Assembly (NCBI RefSeq): GCF_000010625.1
Contig: NC_010296.1
Coordinates: forward strand, 2,880,001-2,912,000
Length of the DNA: 32,000 nt
Reading direction: 5' to 3'
Source: Microcystis aeruginosa NIES-843
Lineage (GTDB): Bacteria; Cyanobacteriota; Cyanobacteriia; Cyanobacteriales; Microcystaceae
The notes below the pieces were generated by a model. That model did not search any database. It was not told the DNA's origin and was given only the letters and a program-made list of their open reading frames with translations. Below are positions 1 through 9,178 of this stretch, piece after piece. Made by a program: the position numbers and the translations under genes. The number at the start of each line of letters is the position of its first letter. Position 1 is the first letter of the stretch.

Positions 1-154
1 CAGGCTTTATCAATTTATTCATAATCAATATTGGCAGAGGATTAAAGATTAGTTATTGTCACTAACTCTTTTGATTAGAAAAAGATAAACTTGAGAATTT
101 TCATTCAAATTTATTGACTCAAAATCAGCTGTAATTAATTTAAATGAAACAGCC

Positions 155-222
155 CTACCCTTATCAAGGGGGGCAGGGGGATCGAACCTAAAATCCATTT
201 TTAATTTAATTATAACCAGCTA
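155..222. repeat. Dispersed ~68-bp repeat, copy 1. It has a C-run/TTATCAA/G-run hairpin followed by GGGGGATCGAACC and AATTTAATTATAACCAGCTA. Copy 2 is at 3145-3213.
   Basis: Near-identical string at 3145-3213 by direct comparison. Both copies are intergenic. Confidence 0.6.
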
Positions 223-574
223 CTTATGAATAATTTATGGATAAAAACTTTAAAATTTAACGAACCCTCGATCCCATGGTTTTACATCTCTTTGTTCTCC
301 AAGTTCATTATCGCAAACCCTTGCACTTTACGGAAGCGGCGATCGATTAAGGGAACAATTAAAAACGAGGGGAATTACCTTAGTTGATTTACCCGATGGA
401 CAAAGCCAATGGTATCCTAGAGAAAAGAGCCATAACCATGATTAATATCCCAAGAAACCGCCAATTTTTCCCAAAATAACCTGGCTAAGTCTAGAGGATT
501 GGTTAAGGAAGATTACTTGCCCCAATCTGACTTATGCTAGAATGATTATCATTATCACAGTAGAGAAGGAGCAA

Positions 575-1354
575 ATGATTATCGTGGTAACGGGGGGTAT
601 AGCAGCGGGAAAAACCCACTGGATTCGCGAACAAATCGCCAAACAGACGCAGCCAAGTCTATATTTTAGTCCCCAGACGGAAACTTTTCCCATTGATCGC
701 CTCACTTTAGAGAGTGACTTTCCCCAGTTGTCCTGTGTTTCTAGGGAAGAAGAAGACCTTTTGAGCAGTTTATCCATGGAAAACACGATCTATATGGAAG
801 TACCATGGCATTTAGACACGCAATCCCTCGAAAGCTTTCTAAAACCCCTCAATTGTCATCGGGTAGCGATTACGTCTCCAGAAGCAGAAATCCCCGAAGG
901 ACAAGTGCCCGTCGATGAAATTGTCTTCAGTCCCGTCAAAACAACCATAAAAGGCGATCAATGGTTAAAAAAACGAGAAATACAGATTTATAGAGCCGTT
1001 TTAACGGGAGAAGTCCTCGATTTTTCCAGTTTAACTACCTTTTGGACAGAATTAACCCAAGGGGCCTATGGGGAAGTGCTGCGGGTTAAAAGTATCTTCG
1101 ATATCATCGATGGTCAGTGTATTTATGGGGAATTTATGGATGAATGGCCAGAAAAAGACTTTCAAAGCTTAAATTTCCCCTTAAATCTCGATGGGAGACC
1201 GAATCGCTTTAGTGGGATTGAAATCGTCGGTCGCAATCTCGATAAACCGACAATTGCCGATACCCTGAGTGATTGTTGTCTGTCCGATGAGGCACTTTTG
1301 TATTATCAACAACAATTTCAAGAATCTTTAGAGCCAGAAATGGATTTAATCTGA
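575..1354 (+). CDS. P-loop NTPase with a CobW-C-like C-terminal region (divergent COG0523/G3E-like). Function unknown.
   Basis: Walker A GGIAAGKT lies right after the ATG at 575, which is preceded by GAAGGAG. The ORF-track start at 542 is less likely. The C-terminal half (RVKSIFDI...GIEIVGRNLD) resembles CobW_C. The stop overlaps the next start (TGATG at 1352-1356). Confidence 0.6.
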   Translation: MIIVVTGGIAAGKTHWIREQIAKQTQPSLYFSPQTETFPIDRLTLESDFPQLSCVSREEEDLLSSLSMENTIYMEVPWHLDTQSLESFLKPLNCHRVAITSPEAEIPEGQVPVDEIVFSPVKTTIKGDQWLKKREIQIYRAVLTGEVLDFSSLTTFWTELTQGAYGEVLRVKSIFDIIDGQCIYGEFMDEWPEKDFQSLNFPLNLDGRPNRFSGIEIVGRNLDKPTIADTLSDCCLSDEALLYYQQQFQESLEPEMDLI

Positions 1355-2163
1355 TGAAAATAGCCGTTTTATCCTGTATTCATGGCAATATGCCCGCTTT
1401 TAATGCTGTTTTGCGAGATTTAGGCCAACAGGGTTGTCAAGAAATCTACTGTTTAGGGGATTTGGTTGGGTATGGACCCCATCCTAACCAAGTGGTGGAA
1501 AAAATCCGTCAACTGGGTATTACCACGGTACAAGGGTGTTGGGATGAGGATATCGTTGAGGGATTAAATGCCTGTGAGTGCAGTTATCCGTCGCTTTTAG
1601 CAGAAAAACGGGGTAGATTAGCTCATGAGTGGACAAATCAAATAATTACCTCGGAAAACCGTAATTATTTGTCAAAACTGCCCGAAATTTTTAAGCTAGA
1701 TCACCTCTGTTTTGTCCATGGTAGTCCCCAAAGTAACCATGAGTACCTTTTAGCCGAAATGGACGCTTTTACGGCTTTAGAACGGGTTTTATCGGTAGAT
1801 ACAGAGGTTTTATTCTGTGGACATACCCACATCCCCTACATTCGCACTCTCGACGCGGGAAGCTTGCAAATAAAAGTGTATCAACCCGATGGGGAACAGT
1901 CGCGGCAATTTACCACACCGGTTAAACGTATCATCAACGTGGGATCGGTGGGAGAACCGCGTCACGGTCGTCCAAATGCCACCTATGTGATTTACGATCG
2001 AGAAACGGCAGCGGTACAACTGCGAGAAGTGGCCTATAACTATCAGGAAACCTGTCAGGCTATTTTAGCATCGGGTTTACCTCCTATTTTCGCTTGGCGA
2101 TTGGCTAAGGGTCTAGAATATGCGGAAAAAGCCGATGATCCGACTCATGTTTGCGAACGTTAA
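1354..2163 (+). CDS. Metallophosphoesterase family protein (YfcE/MJ0936-like) with atypical motif I and III residues.
   Basis: Motifs seen are LSCIHGN, GDLVGYGP, FVHGSP, GHTH and GSVGEPR. The first Asp of the canonical DxHGN is Cys, and GNHD is replaced by GCWDE. Confidence 0.75.
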   Translation: MKIAVLSCIHGNMPAFNAVLRDLGQQGCQEIYCLGDLVGYGPHPNQVVEKIRQLGITTVQGCWDEDIVEGLNACECSYPSLLAEKRGRLAHEWTNQIITSENRNYLSKLPEIFKLDHLCFVHGSPQSNHEYLLAEMDAFTALERVLSVDTEVLFCGHTHIPYIRTLDAGSLQIKVYQPDGEQSRQFTTPVKRIINVGSVGEPRHGRPNATYVIYDRETAAVQLREVAYNYQETCQAILASGLPPIFAWRLAKGLEYAEKADDPTHVCER

Positions 2164-2166
2164 TTT

Positions 2167-2883
2167 GTGATAAATCAAGAAATTATGTGGGCGATTTTAA
2201 GCGGTATTCAAGGCAATTTACCAGCCTATCAAGCGGTCTTGGAAGATATTCAGCAACGGTCAGTTACTGTAGAAAATTTATATATTTTAGGAGATTTTAT
2301 CGGTGTTAATCCCGATAGTGAAATGCTGGTAGAACAAATACGTTATCCCACTAAAAATAACTTATATCCGCAGGTTTGTCGGGGATGGTGGGAAGAACAA
2401 TGTCTAATTTTACACAGTTTAGGAGCAACAGGAGAACCGACGGAATTAATCGATAAACATGGAATTGACAGCACTAAACAACTCTGGGACGCAGTTTCTT
2501 TAGAAACAGTGCAATGGTTACGAAATCTCGATTTTGGTTTTGTCGAGTTGGATTGTTTATTAATTCATGGCAGTAGTGTCAGTGTTAGTGAAGAATTAAC
2601 CCCCGATACTCCCCCATGGCAAATTTTAGATCGACTGCAACGGGTGGGAGTTAATAATCTATTTTGTGGTCGTGCGGGAAAAGTTTTTGATTATTCTTTA
2701 CAGTCCGCTAATTTAACTAGCACTGTTACTACTTTAGATAAACGGCAACCAAGTCAAACTTTGACGATTCAAGATAAGCGTTTAATTGGGGTTGGTAGCG
2801 TTGGTAAAGAATTAAATAAAGCAGTTTACACTCTCTATAATCCTAGTAATAATTGCGTGGAGTTTAGAACCGTACCTTATTAA
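2167..2883 (+). CDS. Metallophosphoesterase-like paralog with degenerate metal-binding motifs (probable pseudoenzyme).
   Basis: Colinear with the upstream paralog, but the motifs read SGIQGN, GDFIGVNP, RGWWEE, LIHGSS and CGRAGK instead of GHTH. The start is GTG at 2167 or ATG at 2185. Confidence 0.6.
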   Translation: MINQEIMWAILSGIQGNLPAYQAVLEDIQQRSVTVENLYILGDFIGVNPDSEMLVEQIRYPTKNNLYPQVCRGWWEEQCLILHSLGATGEPTELIDKHGIDSTKQLWDAVSLETVQWLRNLDFGFVELDCLLIHGSSVSVSEELTPDTPPWQILDRLQRVGVNNLFCGRAGKVFDYSLQSANLTSTVTTLDKRQPSQTLTIQDKRLIGVGSVGKELNKAVYTLYNPSNNCVEFRTVPY

Positions 2884-2898
2884 TTTTTCAGAGATTAA

Positions 2899-3116
2899 TT
2901 AGGGTCTGCTGAAAAAGTTTTTCCTGGGGGCAGGGTGTGGGGTGTGGGGTGTGGGGTGTGGGGTTTTACCAGTTTTGAGGTGGCCAATTACCTAATTTTC
3001 AGGGAAAAAGTGCCTAAATTTCCCCCCGATCACTCCCAGATCCAGTACTTTTTGATTGACAAAAGGTCTAAAAGTCTTACCCAACAAAGTTTTTAGATTT
3101 ATTCAGCCAGCCCTAA
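2899..3116 (+). mobile_element. MITE-like element, family A, copy 1 (~220 bp). Terminal inverted repeats are TTAGGGTCTGCTGAA...TTCAGCCAGCCCTAA, with an internal (GGGTGTG)n array at 2933-2964.
   Basis: Aligns end to end with 12930-13150, and in inverted orientation with 22073-22296. Confidence 0.7.
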
Positions 3117-3144
3117 GTAGGTAGGTGTTAAAAATTATCAGATA

Positions 3145-3213
3145 CCCCCCTTATCAAGGGGGGCAGGGGGGATCGAACCCAAAATTTATCTTCAATTTAA
3201 TTATAACCAGCTA
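3145..3213. repeat. Dispersed ~68-bp repeat, copy 2 (partner of 155-222). The adjacent 3210-3250 is repeated in inverted orientation at 17818-17860.
   Basis: Direct string comparison. Confidence 0.6.
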
Positions 3214-3315
3214 AGTACCTAAGCAAAATTAATTACACATCTAAGCCACTACTCCGTCAGACTTCTGGTGTGAGGAAACAGTGAACTGAAAACTCAAATC
3301 CGATCCCTAATAGCT

Positions 3316-3374
3316 GTCTCCCGTCTCGGAGTCTCCCGTCTCGGAGTCTCCTGTCTCAGAGTCTCCTGTCTCGA
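3316..3374. repeat. Tandem 15-bp repeat x4: GTCTCCCGTCTCGGA twice, then GTCTCCTGTCTCAGA and GTCTCCTGTCTCGA.
   Basis: Read directly. It lies just 3' of the methyltransferase stop codon. Confidence 0.9.
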
Positions 3375-3400
3375 CTAGGAAATTAATTTTGCACGACTAC

Positions 3401-4411
3401 TTACATAACTGAGGTAAGAGACTCTTGCTGACTTGCTTGCAGATGGGATTTAGCGCGAACAGCGCGGAACATCCCAAAACGACATAAACCCGTGCCAAAG
3501 GCCAAACGCATCAGCAGAATTGTCGGCACTTCTCGGACGGATTTAACCAACCCAGTTAGACCAAATTGCCACCAACCTTGGGGACGAATCACCCCCTGCC
3601 AAATGGTATCAATCCAAGAGGGTAGAGTGGCTTTTGTCCAGTCAGCAGTCACCACTTCCCCATCTACCAATCCCGTGGCCGCTAACTGTTCGGCAAAACC
3701 TTCGATACTGGCAAAAGCGGGGTGGGACCACTGATCCAAAAGTTGGCGCATTACAGGACTTTCCCAGAAATTGAGCGGTTTTTGACGTTCATCTCGCTGA
3801 TTCCAGTCCGCTACCACCAGGACTCCCCCCGGCTTAAGAACTCGCAGTAATTCCCGAGCAAAAACGGCTTTGTCCGGCATATGGGGGCCGGCTTCAATTG
3901 ACCAGACCACATCAAAACTCTCGTCGGGAAAAGAAAGGGCCATGGCATCATCGACCAAAAAGCGAGCATTTAAATCTGGGGGTGTTAGTTCTTTGGCCCG
4001 TGCCACTTGTTTGGGACTAATGGTGACACCGGTAACTGTAAATCCGTAGTCGCGCGCGAGAATGCGACTGCTGCCACCAATACCACAACCGACATCGAGG
4101 AGAGTTGCACCGGTGGGTAGTTTATCCAAACCTCCCCAAGAGACCATTTCCGCCACAAAGTCAGCTTTTGCCTGTAGAAAGTCTTTTTTTTCTGGTGGGG
4201 AACCGTAGTGACCTAAATGGATGTGTTCGCCCCAATAATATTCTAAAATCCCGTCTTCGGTCCATTGGTCGTAGGAATTGGCCACCGAGTCCGACGATTG
4301 GTACTTGCGAGAGGAAACAAAATAGACGACGATAGCGATCGCTAGGAGTAAACCTAAAGATGATGTCACCAAAAGTATATTCATTAAATGCTGCCGAGCA
4401 AACTGATACAA
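3401..4411 (-). CDS. 2-methyl-6-phytyl-1,4-benzoquinol (MPBQ/MSBQ) methyltransferase, Synechocystis sll0418-type, for tocopherol and plastoquinone synthesis.
   Basis: SAM-binding VLDVGCGIGGSS, an N-terminal TM helix, and long stretches (SDSVANSYDQWTEDGILEYYWGEHIHLGHYG, VVADWNQRD, REVPTILLMRLAFG) that match my recollection of sll0418. Confidence 0.75.
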   Translation of the reverse strand: MYQFARQHLMNILLVTSSLGLLLAIAIVVYFVSSRKYQSSDSVANSYDQWTEDGILEYYWGEHIHLGHYGSPPEKKDFLQAKADFVAEMVSWGGLDKLPTGATLLDVGCGIGGSSRILARDYGFTVTGVTISPKQVARAKELTPPDLNARFLVDDAMALSFPDESFDVVWSIEAGPHMPDKAVFARELLRVLKPGGVLVVADWNQRDERQKPLNFWESPVMRQLLDQWSHPAFASIEGFAEQLAATGLVDGEVVTADWTKATLPSWIDTIWQGVIRPQGWWQFGLTGLVKSVREVPTILLMRLAFGTGLCRFGMFRAVRAKSHLQASQQESLTSVM

Positions 4412-4560
4412 AGCTTAATAACTCTTAAAAATTATACAACCTTGAGGTTCTGCGGTTGAGTGACTTTGGTTCCTCGCCAGAAATTAACTATCCCCGTTGA
4501 AAGCGACCGGTAATACAGCAGTTATCTTAATGGTGAGATCACTTCTGTAGTGGTGAACTT

Positions 4561-4800
4561 TTATCTGTTTGTCCCTGTGGAATTGCCTTCAATCCATTCG
4601 TAAAAAACCATAGATTCTGGGGAACAACGGCTGCATCCTCCGCATTTTTCTAGGGAAATCAGGCGAATTCGCCCTTTTTTCAGCAAGCGATCGAGCATAG
4701 GACTTAAGGCATCCGCTGACATCCGAAAGTGTGTAGATAAGTCAGACAGAGATGCTTTCTGATTTTTGGCAAGATAAGCCTGTATATCGATTAAAATCAT
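4561..4800 (-). CDS. feoC: FeoC-like winged-helix protein with a C-terminal Cys cluster.
   Basis: 79 aa, immediately downstream of feoB. The N-terminal pattern LIDIQAYLAKNQKASLSDLS...MLDRLLKKGRI parallels E. coli FeoC/YhgG. The cluster is CGGCSRC. Confidence 0.65.
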   Translation of the reverse strand: MILIDIQAYLAKNQKASLSDLSTHFRMSADALSPMLDRLLKKGRIRLISLEKCGGCSRCSPESMVFYEWIEGNSTGTNR

Positions 4801-4909
4801 GGTTTATAAGCGAAAAAAATCGAGAAAAGTTGCTTGATTGCGGTGGGTTACGGCGAATCTAAATAATTTGTTAGTTGCCTAGCTTTTTGTCGCCTAACCC
4901 ACCCTACTT

Positions 4910-7234
4910 TTAAATTGCCGGACGGTTGATTTTTCGGGGACGGAGATTTTTTAAGGTGAATAAAACCCCGACTACGGTTAAACCCATCAAGACTATCCAA
5001 AAGAGAGAAAATCCCGGATGTCGAGAAAAAGTGGCGATTTGATAGAAGGAAGTGGCAACAATATAGGCCATTCCTGTGGTCCAGAGGGCAATAAAAGCAG
5101 TCCAACCGGCATTAGTTTCGCGATATACTGCCGATGTGGCCGAAACACAGGGAAAATAGAGCAGAACAAACAATAGATAGGCAAAAGCACCCGCTTGACC
5201 ATCAAATCTTTTCGCCATTGCCCCAAAGATTCCTAAATCTACTTCTTGCTTCTCGGCAGCCGTTTTTTGATCTTGCAAATTACCAATATTCAAACCCAAG
5301 GGATCAAGTAATTGATTGGGTAATTGCGCTAAATTGGCGGGAATAGTGGCAATAGCTTCCTGAATTTGCCGCCAAAAGTCGAATTTTACCTGTGCTGCCC
5401 CCTTATTCGGGTTATCTTCCCCTGCTAGTTGGCTGTAAATCGAGTTTAAGGTGCCTACCATTGCTTCTTTGGCAAAAACTCCCGTAAAAATTCCCACCGT
5501 TGCCGGCCAATTTTCCGGTTCTAGTCCCATGGGTGAGAAAATAGGAGTTACAGCTTTACTGGTAGCACTTAAAACCGATCGCTCGCTGTCTTGATTACCA
5601 AAAGAACCATCAAAACTGACGGAGTTGAGTAGTCCCAAAATCATCACCATTAAAACGATAACTCGTCCAGCTTTCCACAAAAACGCTTGCAGACGTTCCC
5701 AAGTGCGAATTAAAACCCCTTTTAGACGCGGTAGATGATAGGGAGGCAATTCCATAATAAAGTGACTGACTTCTCCCTTGAGTAGGGTTTTTTTCATCAC
5801 CAATCCCGTCAAAATAGCGGCGAGAATTCCTAAGATATAAAGACCAAAAACGATGTTTTGACCACCTATGGGGAAAAAAGCCGCCGCAAATAGGGCATAA
5901 ACAGGTAATCTGGCCCCACAGGACATAAAAGGGTTCATCATAATCGTCATTAAACGATCGCGGGAATTTTCTAGGGTCCTGGTGGCCATAATTGCCGGTA
6001 CACTGCAACCAAATCCCACTAGCATGGGAACAAAGGATTTACCCGGCAATCCCACCAAACGCATCAATCGGTCCATGACGAAGGCTGCCCGGGCCATATA
6101 GCCGGAATCCTCTAAAATTGACAAAAAGAGGAACATAAAGCCAATTACGGGGATAAAAGTGGCGACGGTTTGCACACCTCCCCCCGCTCCATCAGCGAGC
6201 AGAGCAATTAGCCAACCCGGGGTAGGGATTGTTTGTAAAACTTGGGACAAACCATCGACAAAGATAGTCTGGGCAGTTAAATCGAAGAAATCGATAAAGG
6301 CAGCACTAACATTGATGGTAAACAAGAACATTAGGTACATTACGCCCAAAAATATCGGAATTCCCCACCAGCGATCGAGAACAATCCGATCAAGGCGATC
6401 GGACATGGTATCGTTTATCTGTCCAGTCCGTTGAGTGGCTCCCTGGGTAACTTGTTGAATAAAGCCATAACGAGTATCAGCAATTAAAATATCAAGGTCT
6501 TCCCCTAAAACTTGGTGTATTTGTCGTCTATGCTTGACGATAATGCTTAATAGTTCCTGGGAGCGCAATTCTGGGGCGATGCGATCCTCGTATTGCAGTA
6601 GATTTAAAGCAGTCCATCTTGGCTCAACAATCCTTTTACTGCTATGGTCGTTAATGTAGGCAATAATCTCGTTAAGAGCTTCCTCAATTACCGCAGGATA
6701 AGCCACATAAGCGGCAGTATGGTTAATATTACCAACTAATTCCCCAATTTTTTGCTTTAATTCTCCGATTCCCTCCCCTTTAACCGCACTAATCGCCACG
6801 ACAATTGCATCCATGCGATCGCTTAAGAGTTGCGGATTAACCACAATACCCCTAGTTTTGGCCACATCCATCATATTCAGGGCAATCAACATCGGTAAAC
6901 GCATCTCCATGATTTGGGTAGTAAGGTAGAGATTGCGCTCTAAATTGGCAGCATCGACGATATTAATCACTAAATCCGCTTCTCCTGACAGCAGATAGTC
7001 CCTAGCGACTAATTCATCCATTCCTGTCTCCCCTTCTTCCACATCAAGGGAATAGACTCCGGGTAAATCCACAAGGGTGATATCTTCCCCGTTAACTTGA
7101 AATCTTCCCTCTTTGCGATCGACTGTTACTCCCGGCCAGTTGCCAGTGCGTTGATTGGCCCCCGTGAGAGCATTAAAAAGGGTAGTTTTGCCACAGTTAG
7201 GATTGCCAATTAAGGCGATAATCGGTTTGACCAT
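4910..7234 (-). CDS. feoB: Ferrous iron transporter FeoB (N-terminal G-domain plus polytopic permease).
   Basis: G1 motif GNPNCGKTTLFNALTG, then DLPGVYSL and NMMD, followed by a long hydrophobic C-terminal region. Confidence 0.95.
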   Translation of the reverse strand: MVKPIIALIGNPNCGKTTLFNALTGANQRTGNWPGVTVDRKEGRFQVNGEDITLVDLPGVYSLDVEEGETGMDELVARDYLLSGEADLVINIVDAANLERNLYLTTQIMEMRLPMLIALNMMDVAKTRGIVVNPQLLSDRMDAIVVAISAVKGEGIGELKQKIGELVGNINHTAAYVAYPAVIEEALNEIIAYINDHSSKRIVEPRWTALNLLQYEDRIAPELRSQELLSIIVKHRRQIHQVLGEDLDILIADTRYGFIQQVTQGATQRTGQINDTMSDRLDRIVLDRWWGIPIFLGVMYLMFLFTINVSAAFIDFFDLTAQTIFVDGLSQVLQTIPTPGWLIALLADGAGGGVQTVATFIPVIGFMFLFLSILEDSGYMARAAFVMDRLMRLVGLPGKSFVPMLVGFGCSVPAIMATRTLENSRDRLMTIMMNPFMSCGARLPVYALFAAAFFPIGGQNIVFGLYILGILAAILTGLVMKKTLLKGEVSHFIMELPPYHLPRLKGVLIRTWERLQAFLWKAGRVIVLMVMILGLLNSVSFDGSFGNQDSERSVLSATSKAVTPIFSPMGLEPENWPATVGIFTGVFAKEAMVGTLNSIYSQLAGEDNPNKGAAQVKFDFWRQIQEAIATIPANLAQLPNQLLDPLGLNIGNLQDQKTAAEKQEVDLGIFGAMAKRFDGQAGAFAYLLFVLLYFPCVSATSAVYRETNAGWTAFIALWTTGMAYIVATSFYQIATFSRHPGFSLFWIVLMGLTVVGVLFTLKNLRPRKINRPAI

Positions 7235-7275
7235 AATTAGGATATTGAGTGACGAATAGGCTTAGATGATTAAAT

Positions 7276-7911
7276 TTAGCTTTTTGGGTCTATTTGTTCG
7301 ACGATTAAAGTGTCTGCCTCCTGTTTTCGCAGACTGAGATGAAATCCCCGCACTCGAATCTCGACGGGATCCCCCAAAGGTGCGACGCGAATGACGGTAA
7401 ACTCTGTCCCCGGAGTTAATCCCATTGATAACAATTTTCCTTTGTATCCGCGCAATGCTCGGTCATAACCGACAACTTTACCCGCTTTTCCTATGGGTAT
7501 CTCCCGCAGAAATGTTCTTACTTCAGGTAGGTCTTTTTTGGGTTCCAGTTTTTTTGGTTGACTGTCACTAACGAGGATTTTTTCGGCCATTTCTGCCCCG
7601 ATACCGATACGATTGTCTTGAATGGCAATTAAAACTGATCCCCTCCCTTGGGAGCTAATTACCTGTAATTGAATGCCGGGGTTTAATCCCATACCTAGGA
7701 GTCGATTGATTCCTCCTGTCCCCTGAAATCCCACTAACCAGACGGTTTTTCCCATTTCCACTTGTGCGAGGGGATAGGTGGCTGTTAGCTCAGTACCCAT
7801 GGTGTTAGTACGTTCTGCTGCTGCCTCTGTACCGCCCCAATGGGAAAATTGGGCTTTATTTGGCGATTTTTCTGGTTTTTCTGCTTCATTAGGTCTAATT
7901 TTATCGTCCAT
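7276..7911 (-). CDS. feoA: FeoA-family protein with two tandem FeoA (SH3-like) domains and an N-terminal extension.
   Basis: Two FeoA-like segments: LAQVEMGKTVWLVGF...IGIGAEMAEKILV and LREIPIGKAGKVVGY...FHLSLRKQEADTLIV. It sits 41 nt upstream of feoB. The true start may be the internal Met (MGTELT). Confidence 0.85.
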   Translation of the reverse strand: MDDKIRPNEAEKPEKSPNKAQFSHWGGTEAAAERTNTMGTELTATYPLAQVEMGKTVWLVGFQGTGGINRLLGMGLNPGIQLQVISSQGRGSVLIAIQDNRIGIGAEMAEKILVSDSQPKKLEPKKDLPEVRTFLREIPIGKAGKVVGYDRALRGYKGKLLSMGLTPGTEFTVIRVAPLGDPVEIRVRGFHLSLRKQEADTLIVEQIDPKS

Positions 7912-8077
7912 GCTTTTCTTATCTCCAAAGGCAAAGAAGGTCTTTCATTCAAGAGTGACAATAATTCCTTAATAGCTCATCGAGTTTACTGAATTAGCCA
8001 AAGGGTGATAACTGCACTACTGTCAGTCTCAGTCAACGGTTTTGAAACTGTCTAAGACTTGCGATCGCTGAAATAAA

Positions 8078-8092
8078 TGCTAATTATTCTCA
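8078..8092. promoter_or_regulatory. Candidate Fur box upstream of feoA.
   Basis: TGCTAATTATTCTCA matches the palindromic Fur core TGATAATNATTATCA except for two symmetric mismatches. It lies ~167 nt upstream of the feoA start. Confidence 0.3.
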
Positions 8093-8139
8093 ATTACCAG
8101 TCTAATCCAAAAGGGGAGACAGAAAAGAAAAATATTTAT

Positions 8140-9154
8140 TTAGGGTCGGCTGAATAATGGTAAAACCCTTTGAAAATAAGGCTTTTGACCTGTTAAAATC
8201 CGATGTTAGTGCTGCGAAAATCGGATTGGGACCCCCAAAAACCTGGCATTATCCTCCTTTCAGTACATAAGTTAGTACAAAAAGAGAGGGCAACAAAGCC
8301 TGAAACGACCGGCTACTGACGACCGGCTACTGACGACCGACTCCTAACCCCACCAACAAACTTTTTGCCGCAAACCCTACCTAGTGGTCTGCTGAAAAAG
8401 TAGGGGCGAAGCATTCGGGCAATAACCTATCGGTGAAACCGTAGATTTTCTATCCGAATGCTTCGCCCCTACAGGACGCGGGCCGATGAAGACGCCAGGT
8501 TTTGAAGCACGATTCTCTCAAAATCTTGCACCTGTTTCGCAAGAAAAGCCACAAAACCCTTACCATGCCTACATTTCACATTTATTCAGCCAGCCCTAAG
8601 TAAATCGAATCTGTCTTTCTGTTTGTGTTCTTTATGCCTTTGTGTTTATCCTTAACTCTTATGGGATAACCGGACAGAAAAAAGTTTAGTTTTAAATATT
8701 GGCGATACTTTCAACACTTTAGCCCCCCTATTCTCTGGGTCTTCTTGTAGCTTAAAAAAGGGTGCATCTCACATTTGCAGAAATATCGACAATCAGCAAT
8801 TATCAGTGACTCTTAAATTATTACAAATATATCAACAACTGCCTGTAATACCATTTTTCTTTATTCGTTTCCCTCACCCCCTTCCCTGTCCCAGAGCGTT
8901 AGAGGGGAGGGGGTGAGGGCAATTAACCATCTCTGCCATTACTTTTGAAAAATGGGATAATTCGTTGTCAGTATCTCCAAACAATGACTAATGAAATTAA
9001 AAACTTGACTAACTATCATTGGCTAACCTATCGCTGAAACCGTAGATTTCCTATCGGAATGTTTCGCCCCTACTTTTTCAGCCAACCCCAATTAGGGTTG
9101 GCTGAAAAAGTTTCTCCTGTGGGGACTGACGCAGGTTCGTTCAGCATACCCTAA
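8140..9154. mobile_element. Nest of at least four abutting MITE-like elements that share TTAGGG..CTGAA-type termini.
   Basis: Elements at ~8140-8383 and ~8385-8600, the latter carrying the GTAGGGGCGAAGCATTC hairpin module at 8399-8472. An element end lies at 9016-9091. A 63-bp minimal element spans 9092-9154 (TTAGGGTTGGCTGAA...TTCAGCATACCCTAA). Confidence 0.65.
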
Positions 9155-9156
9155 TT

Positions 9157-9178
9157 AAAAACCGCCCCCAAAGGACGG
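9157..9178 (-). terminator. Candidate intrinsic terminator of the PEP-CTERM gene.
   Basis: On the minus strand: CCGTCC-TTTGG-GGGCGG followed by TTTTT, ~65 nt after the stop codon. Confidence 0.4.

Noticed and set aside
155-222. tRNA-like string GGGGGATCGAACC (a T-arm look-alike), also present at 3165-3180.
   Set aside because: No acceptor stem, anticodon arm or D-arm can be drawn. The string is part of a dispersed repeat present twice, so it is not a tRNA gene.
254-445. Protein-like open frame (...LALYGSGDRLREQLKTRGITLVDLPDGQSQWYPREKSHNHD-stop) upstream of the P-loop gene.
   Set aside because: There is no ATG, GTG or TTG initiator in frame after the upstream stop at 251-253. It is at best a gene remnant and cannot be supported as a CDS.
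4848-6434. Several ORFs inside or antisense to feoB (4848-5105, 4993-5226, 5134-5346, 5610-6008, 6159-6434).
   Set aside because: These are shadow frames of a confidently identified 774-aa gene, with low-complexity or junk-like translations.
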